Shown here one piece after another: positions 40,171-51,745 of a stretch of 64,000 nt of DNA; the stretch's first letter is position 1, and each line of letters begins with the position of its first letter. Made by a program: the position numbers and the translations under genes. Under the pieces are notes generated by a model. That model saw only the letters and a list, made by a program, of their open reading frames with translations. It was not told the DNA's origin and ran no database searches. This DNA is from Octopus vulgaris (Eukaryota), in assembly GCA_951406725.2 (NCBI GenBank), contig OX597821.1, positions 38,812,001 through 38,876,000 on the forward strand, read 5' to 3'.

Positions 40171-41080
40171 GTAGAATTTTGAAAAAGGGAACAACATAAA
40201 AAATGATGTAGTCTGAGATATATCTGAAAAGAAAGGGTATGTCATGGTTGGAACCCCTTTGATCTTAGATATCTTTGATCAGGATTGACCTGGGGCTATA
40301 CAATGCCAGCTGTATATAAATTGTAAGCAAGATCATTCTCTTTATATTTATTTAACTGTCACATTTTGGACCAAGAATTTTTGAATATGGAAAACTAATA
40401 TTGGAAGAGAAGGTGATGAATCAACTGAATTTAATCTGTCGATATTGATGTCCTATTTTTGATAAATTGTAAAGATCAGCCATTAATAAAAGACATAGCC
40501 TAAATACAAAGTGAAGAAGTAATCATTTGATAGGCTTTATAACTATAAACAAACAAGAGGTGCCATCAAAATGCAAGCAAGACATATAAATTCTGCTTGG
40601 AGAACTGTATGACCTAAATGAAATAAAAACCATCTCAACAGATTTTGCTTAAACCAGCCATTCCATTATTGTAACTAACACAATCATCCTTGTTGTCAGT
40701 TGCTACAGCTGGTCACCAAACTGCAGAAATGATAAGTATCCTTAAAACAAACAAGGATAAAATTACGGTGTTTCAGTATCATATTGGATAATACAAATTC
40801 CAAAACAGTTGTCAAAATACAGGACAAAACAGTTAAAACACCAGAGACATGAAATGCCAATTAAGTAAAAATTTAGATTCACATTGCACACACACATGAG
40901 TGAGAGGGGTCTTTTATCATTTAAATGGTAACAACATCAAAATGCTTACGAGACGTTTGAATCACCCTGCACACATGTTTTTCTATAACACAAAAATGGA
41001 AAGCCTCACACAATCTAATTATCAAAAAAATTCAATTGATAGTTTAATAATAAATAATGTTAACACATTAGTATGCATGT

Positions 41081-41382
41081 GTGGAGGCGCAATGGCCTAG
41101 TGGTTAGGGCAGCGGACTCGCGGTTGTAGGATCGTGGTTTCGATTCTCAGACCGGGCGTTGTGAGTGTTTATTGAGCGAAAACACCTAAAGCTCCATGAG
41201 GCTTCGGCAGGGGGTGGTGGCGATCCCTGCTGTATTCTTTCTCTCACTCTCTCTTCTGTTGGCCTGCTCACTTAGCCAGTGGGGTGGCGTCATCTGAAGG
41301 CTAAAAAAATAATGCGAACCGCATTGTGACCAGCGATGTGTAGCAACATCTGATAGCCTGGTCGGTCACGGTGATCACAGTG
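41081..41382 (+). mobile_element. Young tRNA-derived SINE (separate family) with 14-bp TSD
   Basis: A box tggcctagtgg, B box gtttcgattc; TSD attagtatgcatgt at 41067-41080 and 41383-41396; CpG-rich. Confidence 0.9.
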
Positions 41383-41479
41383 ATTAGTATGCATGTACAA
41401 ATACATCACTGAACTATTTTATCAGCATATTGTGTGGCTGTTTAATAACATTCAGTACTTGTCAGATCCATCATTTTAA

Positions 41480-41597
41480 CTGGCAGAAACGTTAGCACGC
41501 CGGGCGAAATGCGTAGCCTTATTTCGTCTGTCGTTACGTTCTGAGTTCAAATTCCGCCGAGGTCGACTTTGCCTTTCATCCTTTCGGGGTCAATAAA
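41480..41597 (+). mobile_element. Truncated Meta-domain SINE
   Basis: ctggcagaaacgttagcacgccgggcg...gcctttcatcctttcggggtc. Confidence 0.85.
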
Positions 41598-42204
41598 GAA
41601 ATACATTTTAACTGTACAGTACAATTTGAATATAAGTAGCACTATATTACTTCTAGCTAGCATTGTGAAAGCTGAACTTGTGTAATAAGGGAGGCAACTA
41701 TGAAACCAATTGCCAAGTCCTAGCATTTGCAGTGAGTTTATGGAGCTTAGCTGTATTCTGTTTACAAGTAGCAAGAGAAAAGAGTTTCAAGAATATTTCC
41801 TTGATATTCTCAGGGATTCATCATCATCATCATCATAACAACTTCCATTTTCTATGCTGGCATGGGTTGGACGGTTTGACATGGTGATGGCTGCTGTCCA
41901 GACTCCAATTATCTGTTGCAATTTGAAAATGCGATTTTTTGAAAAATTTTTTCGGAATCGGATCCTCCATAACCAAGAACGTTGGAATCCGTAAATATAA
42001 ATCAATATATATCCATTTTATCGGAAGTTATGACGGAAAAATCGGATCTTGTAAATTTTCCGAATGTCCCCCTCCCCCCACCCCAGTGTCGTCTGCGTGC
42101 GTTTTTTCCCCATATTCGTTCTCCACATACTTGTTAATACCCGCCAGGCTGGTTTATTATGATTTTTTTTGTTCCCGGGTGAATTTCTTTACATTGACCG
42201 TTCG

Positions 42205-42729
42205 TGATATTGTTCAATCCCATCCAACACCCAAAATGCCGTCGTTGTGCTCATCCCGTCGGTTTTTTCCGGCGCCTAAATTTCGATTCTTCAATGGCGC
42301 ACACGACATCAATGTCGCCAATCATAACCGGATTGTTAATAATGTTTTCTGCTAAAATGTCTCGGCAGAAATTAGCCCAATTCACCACAGTGGGCCAACT
42401 TGCAATATTAAGTTCATGCATCATTGTTTTTAGTGGTTCGTCAATGGACCACCGATATCGAAATTGCAGTATTATAACCTAAGGACAAGATGGCTTTTAG
42501 AGAAGAACGATCCTTTTCTAATGGCGTTTTCGACATGACCGAGAGCAGTAATGCACTTCCAAGTATATCCATCTCGGAGCCGCGATGATTTAACAAAGGA
42601 ACAATTGCGGCTACACTCACAGACATGAGCTTGAGCTAAAAGTCCATGTCTTTTTAACCAGTCAATTCGCCCGTCATAGTCGGTGCATATTGGAAACACG
42701 TCTGATAAGTGAATTGGAGGACATTGCAT
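42205..42729 (-). pseudogene. Merlin (IS1016/IS1595-like) transposase, N-terminal half
   Basis: WLKRHGLL..C.C...DGYTWKC...IRKGSFFSKSHL; VVNWANFCRD; IGDIDVVCAIEESKFRRRK (IGG.G..VEIDESKFGKRK); WVLDGIE. Confidence 0.85.
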
Positions 42730-43184
42730 GATATCCGTGTCAAAATTCAAAAATGAGAAGCTGAAGAAAAGAAGATGATGGTTTCAATCAAAAATGAGAA
42801 GAGAATAAAAGCTGGACAACAGAAGCTGACGGTTTCAATTCCAAATTGCTGCAGAATAAAGTTTAAAACTGAATAAAATTATAAACAATGACCTAATATA
42901 TACGTCACAAACAGGATTTGTACTGGAATCAATCCTTCACAAAAATATTGACTGAAAATGGTAAATGTTTTTTTAACTTTCTACGTGCCATTATCCGTAC
43001 TGAAGAACACCGGACAAATATAAACAGGATTGTCCATAGACAGAGTGGTAGCACACCACTAAGAACCCCCTGTGGTGGGGGTTCTTAGTTCACTGGCCAA
43101 ACCTCACAGGCCTTCAGCAAAATGGCAAACAGGATATTTGTCTGTGCTGAAGCACACCTTTGAATGTTTTTAAAAATCTCACGA

Positions 43185-43532
43185 ACTGTTTCCTTTCAGT
43201 ATTCTTGGAAATAATAGCCGATCCATGGCTACCTTGGAATCCATTATCCAGCAACATATCCACCCAGCCCAGCATAATTTCCACCGACGAATAGCCTGTG
43301 GACCGTCATTTGCAAAATCAAGGTTTCCAACATTTAATCATGAACCATTCTAATATCATTTGTTGATGAAGCCACGGGTGTCCACACAAATCAAAAGCTA
43401 AGCGCAAATATCGACAAATTTATGGTACCTCTTTCTTCCAAGTTGTTCCCCAAATATTTGAGTTTCTGTGGCGGAAGAGGAAAAAACCAAGAAGAAAATT
43501 CGAACATCTCTTTTGTTCAAATTGCAGACTAA
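43185..43532 (+). pseudogene. Merlin transposase, C-terminal half
   Basis: CFL..DRSMATLESIIQQHIHP..IISTDE..HLQNQGFQHLIMNHS..FVDEATGVHTN..EFLWRKR..FEHLFVQIAD*. Confidence 0.85.
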
Positions 43533-44844
43533 AAAACACATTTAAAAAAAATCATACACAACATATTTATTTGCAAGACTTTTTAGTTTTCATTTTCTAG
43601 AAATAGCTTAACAGAAAGGAGCTCAAATTTCTTTTTACAAGGAGGTATCATTGACCAAAGAACCCTGGAATTAAAGGCGAAAACACATAAATATTCGGAA
43701 TTCTTGGAAACTTCCTTATTTCTCTGAGGCAGCGAAAACTGAGGAACCAACAAGTAAGTAAGAAATGTTCTTCAGTTTTGAATTTAGCTTTGGTTATAAA
43801 TGCACCAATCTTGAAATATTTTTCATCATTAAGTCGAAACTTTTCTCTTTCTTTCTTCTGTCTATATTCTTCGTCATTTTGTACAATTCCAATTCGTCAA
43901 ACATTTGAAATTATTATTTTAGGGAGTGTACTTCTCCTTCAAGACATTTTCCCTCAACTTTCGACTCGATTCTATCAGAAGTTGCAAATCAAATATCTGG
44001 ATAATTTTTGCTGTTTAACAATTAATATCCTCTTCTCTGTTGCATTCCATGTCAATTCTTTCCCCTACACTAAAATGTCTAATTTGATAATTTTCCGTTT
44101 CTAGATCATTTGTCTCAAGTGGGGCAAAATGAGTAACGAATTATTTTAGTTTTGGCAGAGTTTCGGTTTAGAAAATTCCGTTTTCACAGTGTTTTTCGAA
44201 TCTCTTTTTCACCAGGGTCTAACTTTTTCTCTCCTCTCTCTTTTCTCCTCTTTACCTATTTCGGCCTTTTTGTTATTTTTTTCCTGTAGTAAGCACTTAA
44301 AAACGACGGGAAAAGAATTTCGGTTAAAAAAAAAAATGAAATTTTCACAAGAATAGGTGTGTGATATAAAGGAGTACCAAAAAGACTTCTCTCATAGTTT
44401 TCAAGTGCGTGGGGCTGAGGTGAAAACAAGACATTTTTCATAAAATGTCCCCTATGACCACCACATCAGCTGGAAGGCCTGAGTGAAAAATAAAATTTAA
44501 AAAATCCCTGTCAAAACGGAGAAAGAGAAAAAAGCACCAAGTGGTGGCATGCTGGTTAATATATAGATCCACGCCCGGATGGCAAACAAGTAGAAAAATA
44601 TCTGTAACCGGTGTAAGGCATCGTATATTGAAGGAATAAGACGGAAAAAAAGCGCGCTGACAAACGGGGTGGGGTGGGGAGGGGGCTCGGAAAATTCCCA
44701 GGATCAATCGTAGAGGATCCGAGCAATAAACCTCAACGCCCGGTCGCAGGCGCGCAACAGAAACCGTCTAAAATTTAGACGGTTTAGACTCTAAATACTT
44801 CTCATGCAATGTATATACAACAAATATTGTTGGGTGGACAAACA

Positions 44845-44970
44845 CACACACACATATATATACACATATACGACGGGCTTCTTAAAGGTTCCGTCTACCA
44901 AACCCACTCACAAGGCTTTTGCTGCCTCGAGGCTATAGTAGAAGGCACTTGACCAAGGTACCACGCAGTG
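44845..44970 (-). mobile_element. CORE-type SINE fragment
   Basis: cgacgggcttctt..ttccgtctaccaaa..cactcacaaggc...cacttgaccaagg. Confidence 0.8.
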
Positions 44971-45171
44971 CTCGACAAAACTCATATTTTTTTGTAACTT
45001 TCAAATAAAATAATTAAAAAAAAACCTTAATTTCATATTGATGTGGGGAAAATACTCCGAAAGAAATATTTGCAGAAAGGTGAGTAGATTCATTACACAA
45101 TTCATTTCATTGTGTTTAGTGAGATTTGGCTGTTATTTCTAGCATGAAAATAGCCGGCTTGAGGGGGATAT

Positions 45172-45270
45172 ATCTTTATATATAAAAGTGAGGTTGTGTG
45201 CTATCTGTCTCCTACGATTTAGATTCCTAACTACTCCCACATTTTGCGGTGCAGTTTAACCGAAACCGGG
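45172..45270 (+). mobile_element. Helitron-like 5' terminus
   Basis: a|tctttatatataaaagtgaggttgtgtg..tctgtctcc; the TC start followed by tatatataaaa is typical of animal non-autonomous Helitrons. Confidence 0.45.
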
Positions 45271-45849
45271 CGTTGAGGTTTATTGCTCGGATCCTCTACG
45301 GTTGATCGTGGGTATTTTCCGAGCCCCCTCCCCACGCCCCCGTTTGTCAGCGCGCATTTTTTTCTCGATATTTGTTGTATATACATTGCATGAGAAGTAT
45401 TTAGACGGTTTCTGTTGCGCGCCTGCGACCGGGCGTTGAGGTTTATTGCTCGGATCCTCTACGGTTGATCGTGGGAATTTTCCGAGCCCCCTCCCCACCC
45501 CCAGTTTCTCAGCGCGCTTTTTTTCCGTCTTATTCCTTCAATATACGATGCCTTACACCGGTTACAGATATTTTTTTACATGTTTGCCATCCGGGCGTGG
45601 ATCTATATATTAACCCTTATTCTCAGTGTTCTCACAAACACACATATATATGTAATTAAAAAAGTTCAAACGGGGAATTATTCCATTCAATGTCTTTCTG
45701 TTAGAAACGTTTAGAGCTTTTAGCTGCTGTTTTTAGCATAACGATTTTCTTGCTGACAGCTTCGTTGCCTGCGGCTTCAGTGGAAATCTACGGATGCACA
45801 AACGCACAAAACGGAGAAAATGAAACAAATACGGACGAGTGGGGAACGG

Positions 45850-46330
45850 TGTTCAAAGTAACCCCCAATTGTTTCCCCCCTAAATTCATATGTTCTCGGA
45901 ATCTACATAGTCCGAGGTATATTTGTAAAAGATTTTCAATAAAAATGTATCCATTTTCTTGAAATTTAAGACGAATTGAAATGGATGCCGGTGAATTTTC
46001 CGAAATTCCCCAGTCCAACCCCGCCTAAAATACTTCCACCCAAAAGTTTTGTATATTAGGAATCTACATGATATAACACATATTCGTAGAAAATTTTATT
46101 AAAAAAATATCCATTTTCCTGAAGTTATGATCATCCAAAATCGGGGGCGCAGAAATCTGTAGTTATGCTGATTTCCAAAAATTTCTTTATAATCGTAATC
46201 TATGCTGGTTGAGAGGTATTTATATAAAATTTCATTGAAAAAAGAAAAACATTTTCCTGAAAGTTATGAGGGAAAACCTCGGATCTTGGGAATTTTCCGA
46301 ACCCCCACCTGGTTGCTTTCCCCTTTTTGT
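45850..46330 (+). repeat. Degenerate ~150-160-bp sub-terminal-type tandem repeats, also at 41930-42120
   Basis: Recurrent tatccatttt..gaagttatga and ggatc..gaattttccga..cccc motifs. Confidence 0.55.
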
Positions 46331-46444
46331 TTTCATATTCGTTTCCTACACATTTTTTTACATCTGTTGCACTATATTGTTTTTATTGTCTTTCTGGGTA
46401 ATATGGTAACCATTAACCAAATTTTGAATAACAAAAATTATGTA

Positions 46445-46514
46445 TCACTAGGGGGCATCAGGATTTTAGAAATGATTGGGTAGGGCATGGCCAAAAATCG
46501 GTTGGGAACCACTG
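46445..46514 (-). mobile_element. hAT/Charlie-type TIR end
   Basis: ...ggttgggaaccactg (rc CAGTGGTTCCCAACC); no partner end found. Confidence 0.45.
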
Positions 46515-47815
46515 TCTGTATATGTATAAAGAGTATAAGATATAAGAATTGGCTTCAAAGAATTAAGTGGAACCCATTGTGATTTGAGTGAATTATGAAA
46601 CATTCGTAACCTCTGATACATACACACATGCATGTATATATAAATGTGTGTGTATACATATATACATATGTTTCATCATCGTAATCATTTAATATTCTCC
46701 TTCCATGCAAGCTTGGGTTGTACAGTTTGGAAGGAGCTGTCAAGTCAGTCAGGTGAGCCAAGCTCCATTGTTGGCTTTGGCATGGTTACTTCAACTGGAT
46801 GCTCTTCCTAACACCAGCCACTTTACAGAGTGAGCTGGGTTCTTTTTATATGGCACCAGCATCAGTGGGGCTGCTGAGTAACCAACAAGACAAGACCCAT
46901 CACCTGCAGGTGCGCAATAGTATTGAGGAAGGTGGCATTGTGCAAGATGCTGAGAAATATGAAAGGAGAGACAAAAATAGGCGTCTTTCTGTCAAGGAGA
47001 GATGTGGATATCTCAGTTGGAGAGAGATGATGGGGGAGATGTGATAAGGGAGGGTATTTTCAAGTAACAGGGAAGTGTATATAAGAGATGTGATATCAAA
47101 GAATGGATAGAGTGAGTGGTTGGGTAAGTTCAGAAGGTGGGGTGGGGGAATGTTGTAAGTGGACAGAAATAGAGGCAGGCATTGTTGGGAGGATATGTTG
47201 TGGGGAATAGAGCGAAAGATGAGAAATCGCAGGAAGTTGAAAGATGTCATCCGTGAGTTTATGGAGTTGGTGGTAATTGTTGACAAGTTGTTATAGTTCG
47301 TTGAGAATTGTTTTGGATTGGTTACAGTTGTTGGCAGAGTATTTGAAAATACATCAAGCGGAGGCAGTTGGTGTCTACCCCGTTCCATGGTACACTATAT
47401 CAGACTGTATTAGTGCACGACACTAAGGTGACATATACAGGAACCATATTATAAAAAGGAACTTTATGTTAAGGAATACCAGCTTGCCCGAGTGTGTGTT
47501 TGCATGTATGTATCTATCTTATATCTTTTATCTGTTTTAGTCAATTGACTGTGGCCATGCTGGGGTACCACCTTCAAGAACTTTTAGTGAATGAATTTAT
47601 TCAAGTGTTTTACTATTTGTTATAAGCCAGGCACTTATTTTATTGGTCTCTTTTTGCCAAACTGCTAAGTTACAGAGATATAAACACACCAACACTGGTT
47701 GTCAAGCTGTGGTGTGGGAGAAACACTGACATAAAAACGTATGCACATATATATATGTGTGTGTGCATGAATATATATGTGTGTGTGTGTGCATATATAT
47801 ATATAATGTGTATAT

Positions 47816-47848
<33 letters not shown>

Positions 47849-47862
47849 GTGTGCATATATAC

Positions 47863-47938
<76 letters not shown>

Positions 47939-47957
47939 ATGTGCAGATATATATATG

Positions 47958-48183
47958 TTAATAGTTATTGCCAAGCTAACATGGTAGTCCAGAAATATTG
48001 GACAAATGCTGCCGTTGATTAGCTCCAAGATGCCTGTTCATGTGTCACATAGTGATGGCCTCTTGGAGCTAATCAACGGCAGCATTTGTCCTATTTTTCT
48101 GGACTGCCATGTTAGCTTGGCAATAACTATTAATATCCAGTACTGCTGCCGTAGTCTCCTTTAGAAGGACTCAGAAATATTAC

Positions 48184-48185
<2 letters not shown>
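47958..48185 (+). repeat. Asymmetric palindrome (77-bp arms plus tail)
   Basis: Arms 47958-48034/48057-48133, tail to ~48185, flanked by microsatellites. Confidence 0.85.
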
Positions 48186-48245
<60 letters not shown>

Positions 48246-48341
48246 TATATATATATATATATACATACATACAGGTGGGGGTGTGGCTGTGCCTTGGCAT
48301 GGCCACTGTTTTGAGCTGAAACTGATAAAAGAAAGAATAAA

Positions 48342-48389
<48 letters not shown>

Positions 48390-48392
<3 letters not shown>

Positions 48393-48555
48393 TGCAGGGG
48401 TGGCTGTGTGATAAGAAGCTTGCTTACCAACCACATGGTTCTGGGTTCAGTCCCAGTACATGGCACCTTGGGCAAGTGTCCTCTGTTATAGCCTCAGTCC
48501 AACCAAAGCCTTGCAAATAGATTTGGTAGACGGAAACTGAAAGAAGCCCATTGTA
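48390..48555 (+). mobile_element. CORE-type SINE 5' half
   Basis: ggtgcaggggtggctgtgtgataag...ggttctgggttcagtccc...ccttgggcaagtgtc. Confidence 0.85.
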
Positions 48556-49972
48556 TATACATATATATATATATATATATATGAGAATGCACGATTGTGT
48601 ATGACTGACATATTTATATAAATTTTATGGTATGAGACATAAGTTTTAACATTTCAATCAAAACTCTTCTCTGATGGAGAAATGTTTCACTGCATATATT
48701 TACTCTATTTTATACTAAATAAATATCTTAAATAATTGGAATTTTCTCGTCAGGAAAGGGGTTTACTCAAGATTATAGAATTCATATTCACCACACCAAC
48801 AAGAATTTTTTGAGATTTGCAGACTTCATTGAATTGTTTCTACCAACACCAATCACCACCCCCAGTTTCTTCCGGATCTGGTCTTTGTGAATTGCTAACT
48901 ATTATCTATCGAATTATATGAGTCTATTTATCTATTTAATATGCATGCATATTCAGGGAGATGTTTATAAGTATCTATCTATTTGCATGTATATGTATGA
49001 ATAAGTGTAGTTTTAAATTTTATTTAGTGCAGTTCCAAAAATTCTTACATAAGTGTGATTAAAATTGTGCTTCTAGTCACTCTTTTGTATAAAATTAATT
49101 ACAATTTCTTTGCTTATAATTAATTTCTTACAAATTGAAGTTAATAGCTTGCCAGTTGGCTGCAGATATTTATAATCAACATACCTACTGGCAAATTGAA
49201 CTAGCCTTAATTATTTCAAGAACATTCAGCTAACCATATGATCTGAATGCAAAACACAACTGCTACAATTACACCATGGATGATGACACACTCATCCATC
49301 AAATTCTATGTTTTCTGTTTTGGTGTTCAAATGTCCTTTATTTTATTCTATTTCATTTTTGTTTATTTATTATCAGCTCTGAAAACTTTGGTCTTTTTTT
49401 AATTAGAATAAGGAATTTTTTTTTTCAAAACATAAATCAAAAATATTTTTAGTAAAAAGAAATGTTTTCATATTTTTCTTTAAATATGGTATTTTTTGTG
49501 AATGTGTGTCAAATGCTTGTGAAAACAAAGAAAAAACATGCAAGTATAAAATTCACCATCCTGTTCATAATATATACAGATTACTTGCAATAATTTTAAC
49601 CAGTTTATTCACAACCCTCTTCAGATATCTTATATGGACTATCAAACTATCATCTGAAAACTTATTTCATCTTGCTCCTTTGAAATGTTTACAAATGTAA
49701 AAAAATTCCGACCATTGTGTATATTTTTGCTATAAAAATGGTAAAGTGAATAATGATGGTATTCTCGGAAGCTTTAGTGACATGAGCCACTATACTGGCT
49801 GTTTTAACAGCTTTCAAAGACAATTTAATAAAGAAAATTGCATTTTCATGGCTATATACCAAAGGTCCTTATATTTGAAATTGGGAAGATTAAAACAAAG
49901 AATAACAGATCAAGTTGAAGTATTTTCTGACTTTGAAGCTGAAATCTCTACCTTCAGATTCAGTTTGTACTA

Positions 49973-50048
49973 GTGCTATCATTGTGTTATCATGTGCTTT
50001 CATTGAGTTATCATGTCCTATCATTGAGCTATCATGTGCTATTATTGA
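49973..50048. repeat. 21-bp tandem repeat (11+10 sub-units), ~3.5 copies
   Basis: gtgctatcattg(t/a)gttatcat units. Confidence 0.8.
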
Positions 50049-50059
50049 AATGATTTTAT

Positions 50060-50843
50060 CAAAAGTGAGGATTGGACAGTAAGGTTCAAGAGAATACCCT
50101 TTGAGTTCCGTGGGTCTCACATCACCAGACTTTTTCCATGGGGATACATCATCATCATCATCATTGTTTAACGTCCACTTTCCATGCTAGCATGGGTTGG
50201 ACGATTTTGACTGAGGGCTGGCGAACCAGGCTCCAATCTTGATCTGGCAGTTTCTACAGCTGGATGCCCTTCCTAACGCCAACCACTCCGAGAGTGTAGT
50301 GGGTGCTTTTTACGTGCCACCTGCACAGAGATCTGTCAGGCAGTACTGGCAATGACCTCGCTTGAATCTTTTTATGCATGCCACCGGCACAGGTGCCAGT
50401 AAGGTGACTTTGGCAACGATAACGCTCAGATGGTGCTCTTGGCACCCTACTAGCATAGGCACAAGTGCCAGTAAGGCGACGCTAGTAACGATCACACTTG
50501 AATGGTGCCTTTTATGTTCCACTTGAATGGAAGCCGGTTTGTCACTCTATAAAAGATAAATTTTACAGTACAAAACCTGCATCAGGTGACAAATTCATGG
50601 CAACCATTGAGTAAAAATGTACTCAAATACCACCCCACCCAAGAAGTTTTTTTAATGATTGTTATTCCATTACTTTGTATTATCAGCAGTGCCTGATTCA
50701 AAATGGTCATCAGTTTGAAAACACCCGTTCAGAAATAAATTAAATTATGTCTAAATTCTATTAAACTTTGAAAATGAACTGCATTTTAATAAACTATTAC
50801 CTTATAATCATTCAAAGTGTGTACACATTTTTGAGACACTGTA
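50060..50843 (+). mobile_element. Tc1/rosa-like transposon 3' relic interrupted by a SINE (50146-50548)
   Basis: IGQ*GSREYPLSSVGLTSPDFF/WGY | KDKFYSTKP ... CLIQNGHQFEN; right end tttttgagacactg-TA. Confidence 0.7.
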
Positions 50844-51240
50844 TATATATATATGTGTATATATACATATATATATATATGAGGGTGTATATATGTGTGT
50901 TTATATATATATGTATATACGTATATAACACAATGACACAAAATAAAAACAAAGCACTGTAACACTTGCCACAACTATAAACTTCAACAGTTTCTCTTAT
51001 TCAGGTATTTCCTCTAACACAATATCCTCTTTAGTTGAATTTCGTGCTTGAGTAAAAGATCTTAAAGCAACACAAACCATTAATTGGAATGCCTTAAACC
51101 TGAGCAGAACCCAAAATTGTACAACAGCTCTTTCAATTTGTGGCTAAGTGGTTGACAAGTAGACCATTAATCAGAGTAGCCACTACTACCAACACTTTCT
51201 TTTTCATCTGTATTTGTTTCACAATTTCTCTTTGTAGCTT

Positions 51241-51280
<40 letters not shown>

Positions 51281-51285
<5 letters not shown>

Positions 51286-51418
51286 ACACATACACGTGTA
51301 CATAAGCATGGATACAAACATTATTAATGTCTTTCAACATCCTAGCAATTTGCACACATTCATATATATATACCTGTACATGCTTTTATATATACATAAA
51401 TATGTATGTATGTATGTG

Positions 51419-51493
<75 letters not shown>

Positions 51494-51628
51494 ATATATA
51501 CACATACATATTTATGTATATATAAAAGCATGTACAGGTATATATGTGAATGTGTGCAAATTGCTAGGATGTTGAAAGACATTAATAATGTTTGTATGCA
51601 TGCTTATGTACATGTGTATGTGTCCATA
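51281..51628. repeat. Near-perfect long palindrome centred on (TA)n
   Basis: Unique-sequence arms mirror each other; the two ORFs MSFNILAICTHS on opposite strands confirm this. Confidence 0.95.
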
Positions 51629-51712
51629 CATATATGTATGCATATGTTAGAAAAGAAAAAATTAACAATATATCATGTATTATGTATGCATGTGTATGTA
51701 CACGTGCAGGTT

Positions 51713-51745
<33 letters not shown>

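Larger units (their letters stand above)
44554..45615. repeat. ~250-275-bp inverted repeat pair (44554-44828/45369-45615) with a partial extra copy at 45267-45362
   Basis: Direct alignment, e.g. gatccgagcaataaacctcaacgcccggtcgcaggcgcgc and its reverse complement. Confidence 0.9.

Noticed and set aside
46900-47388. 162-aa minus-strand ORF
   Set aside because: No motif; strand-biased composition suggests a retroelement fragment that I cannot classify.
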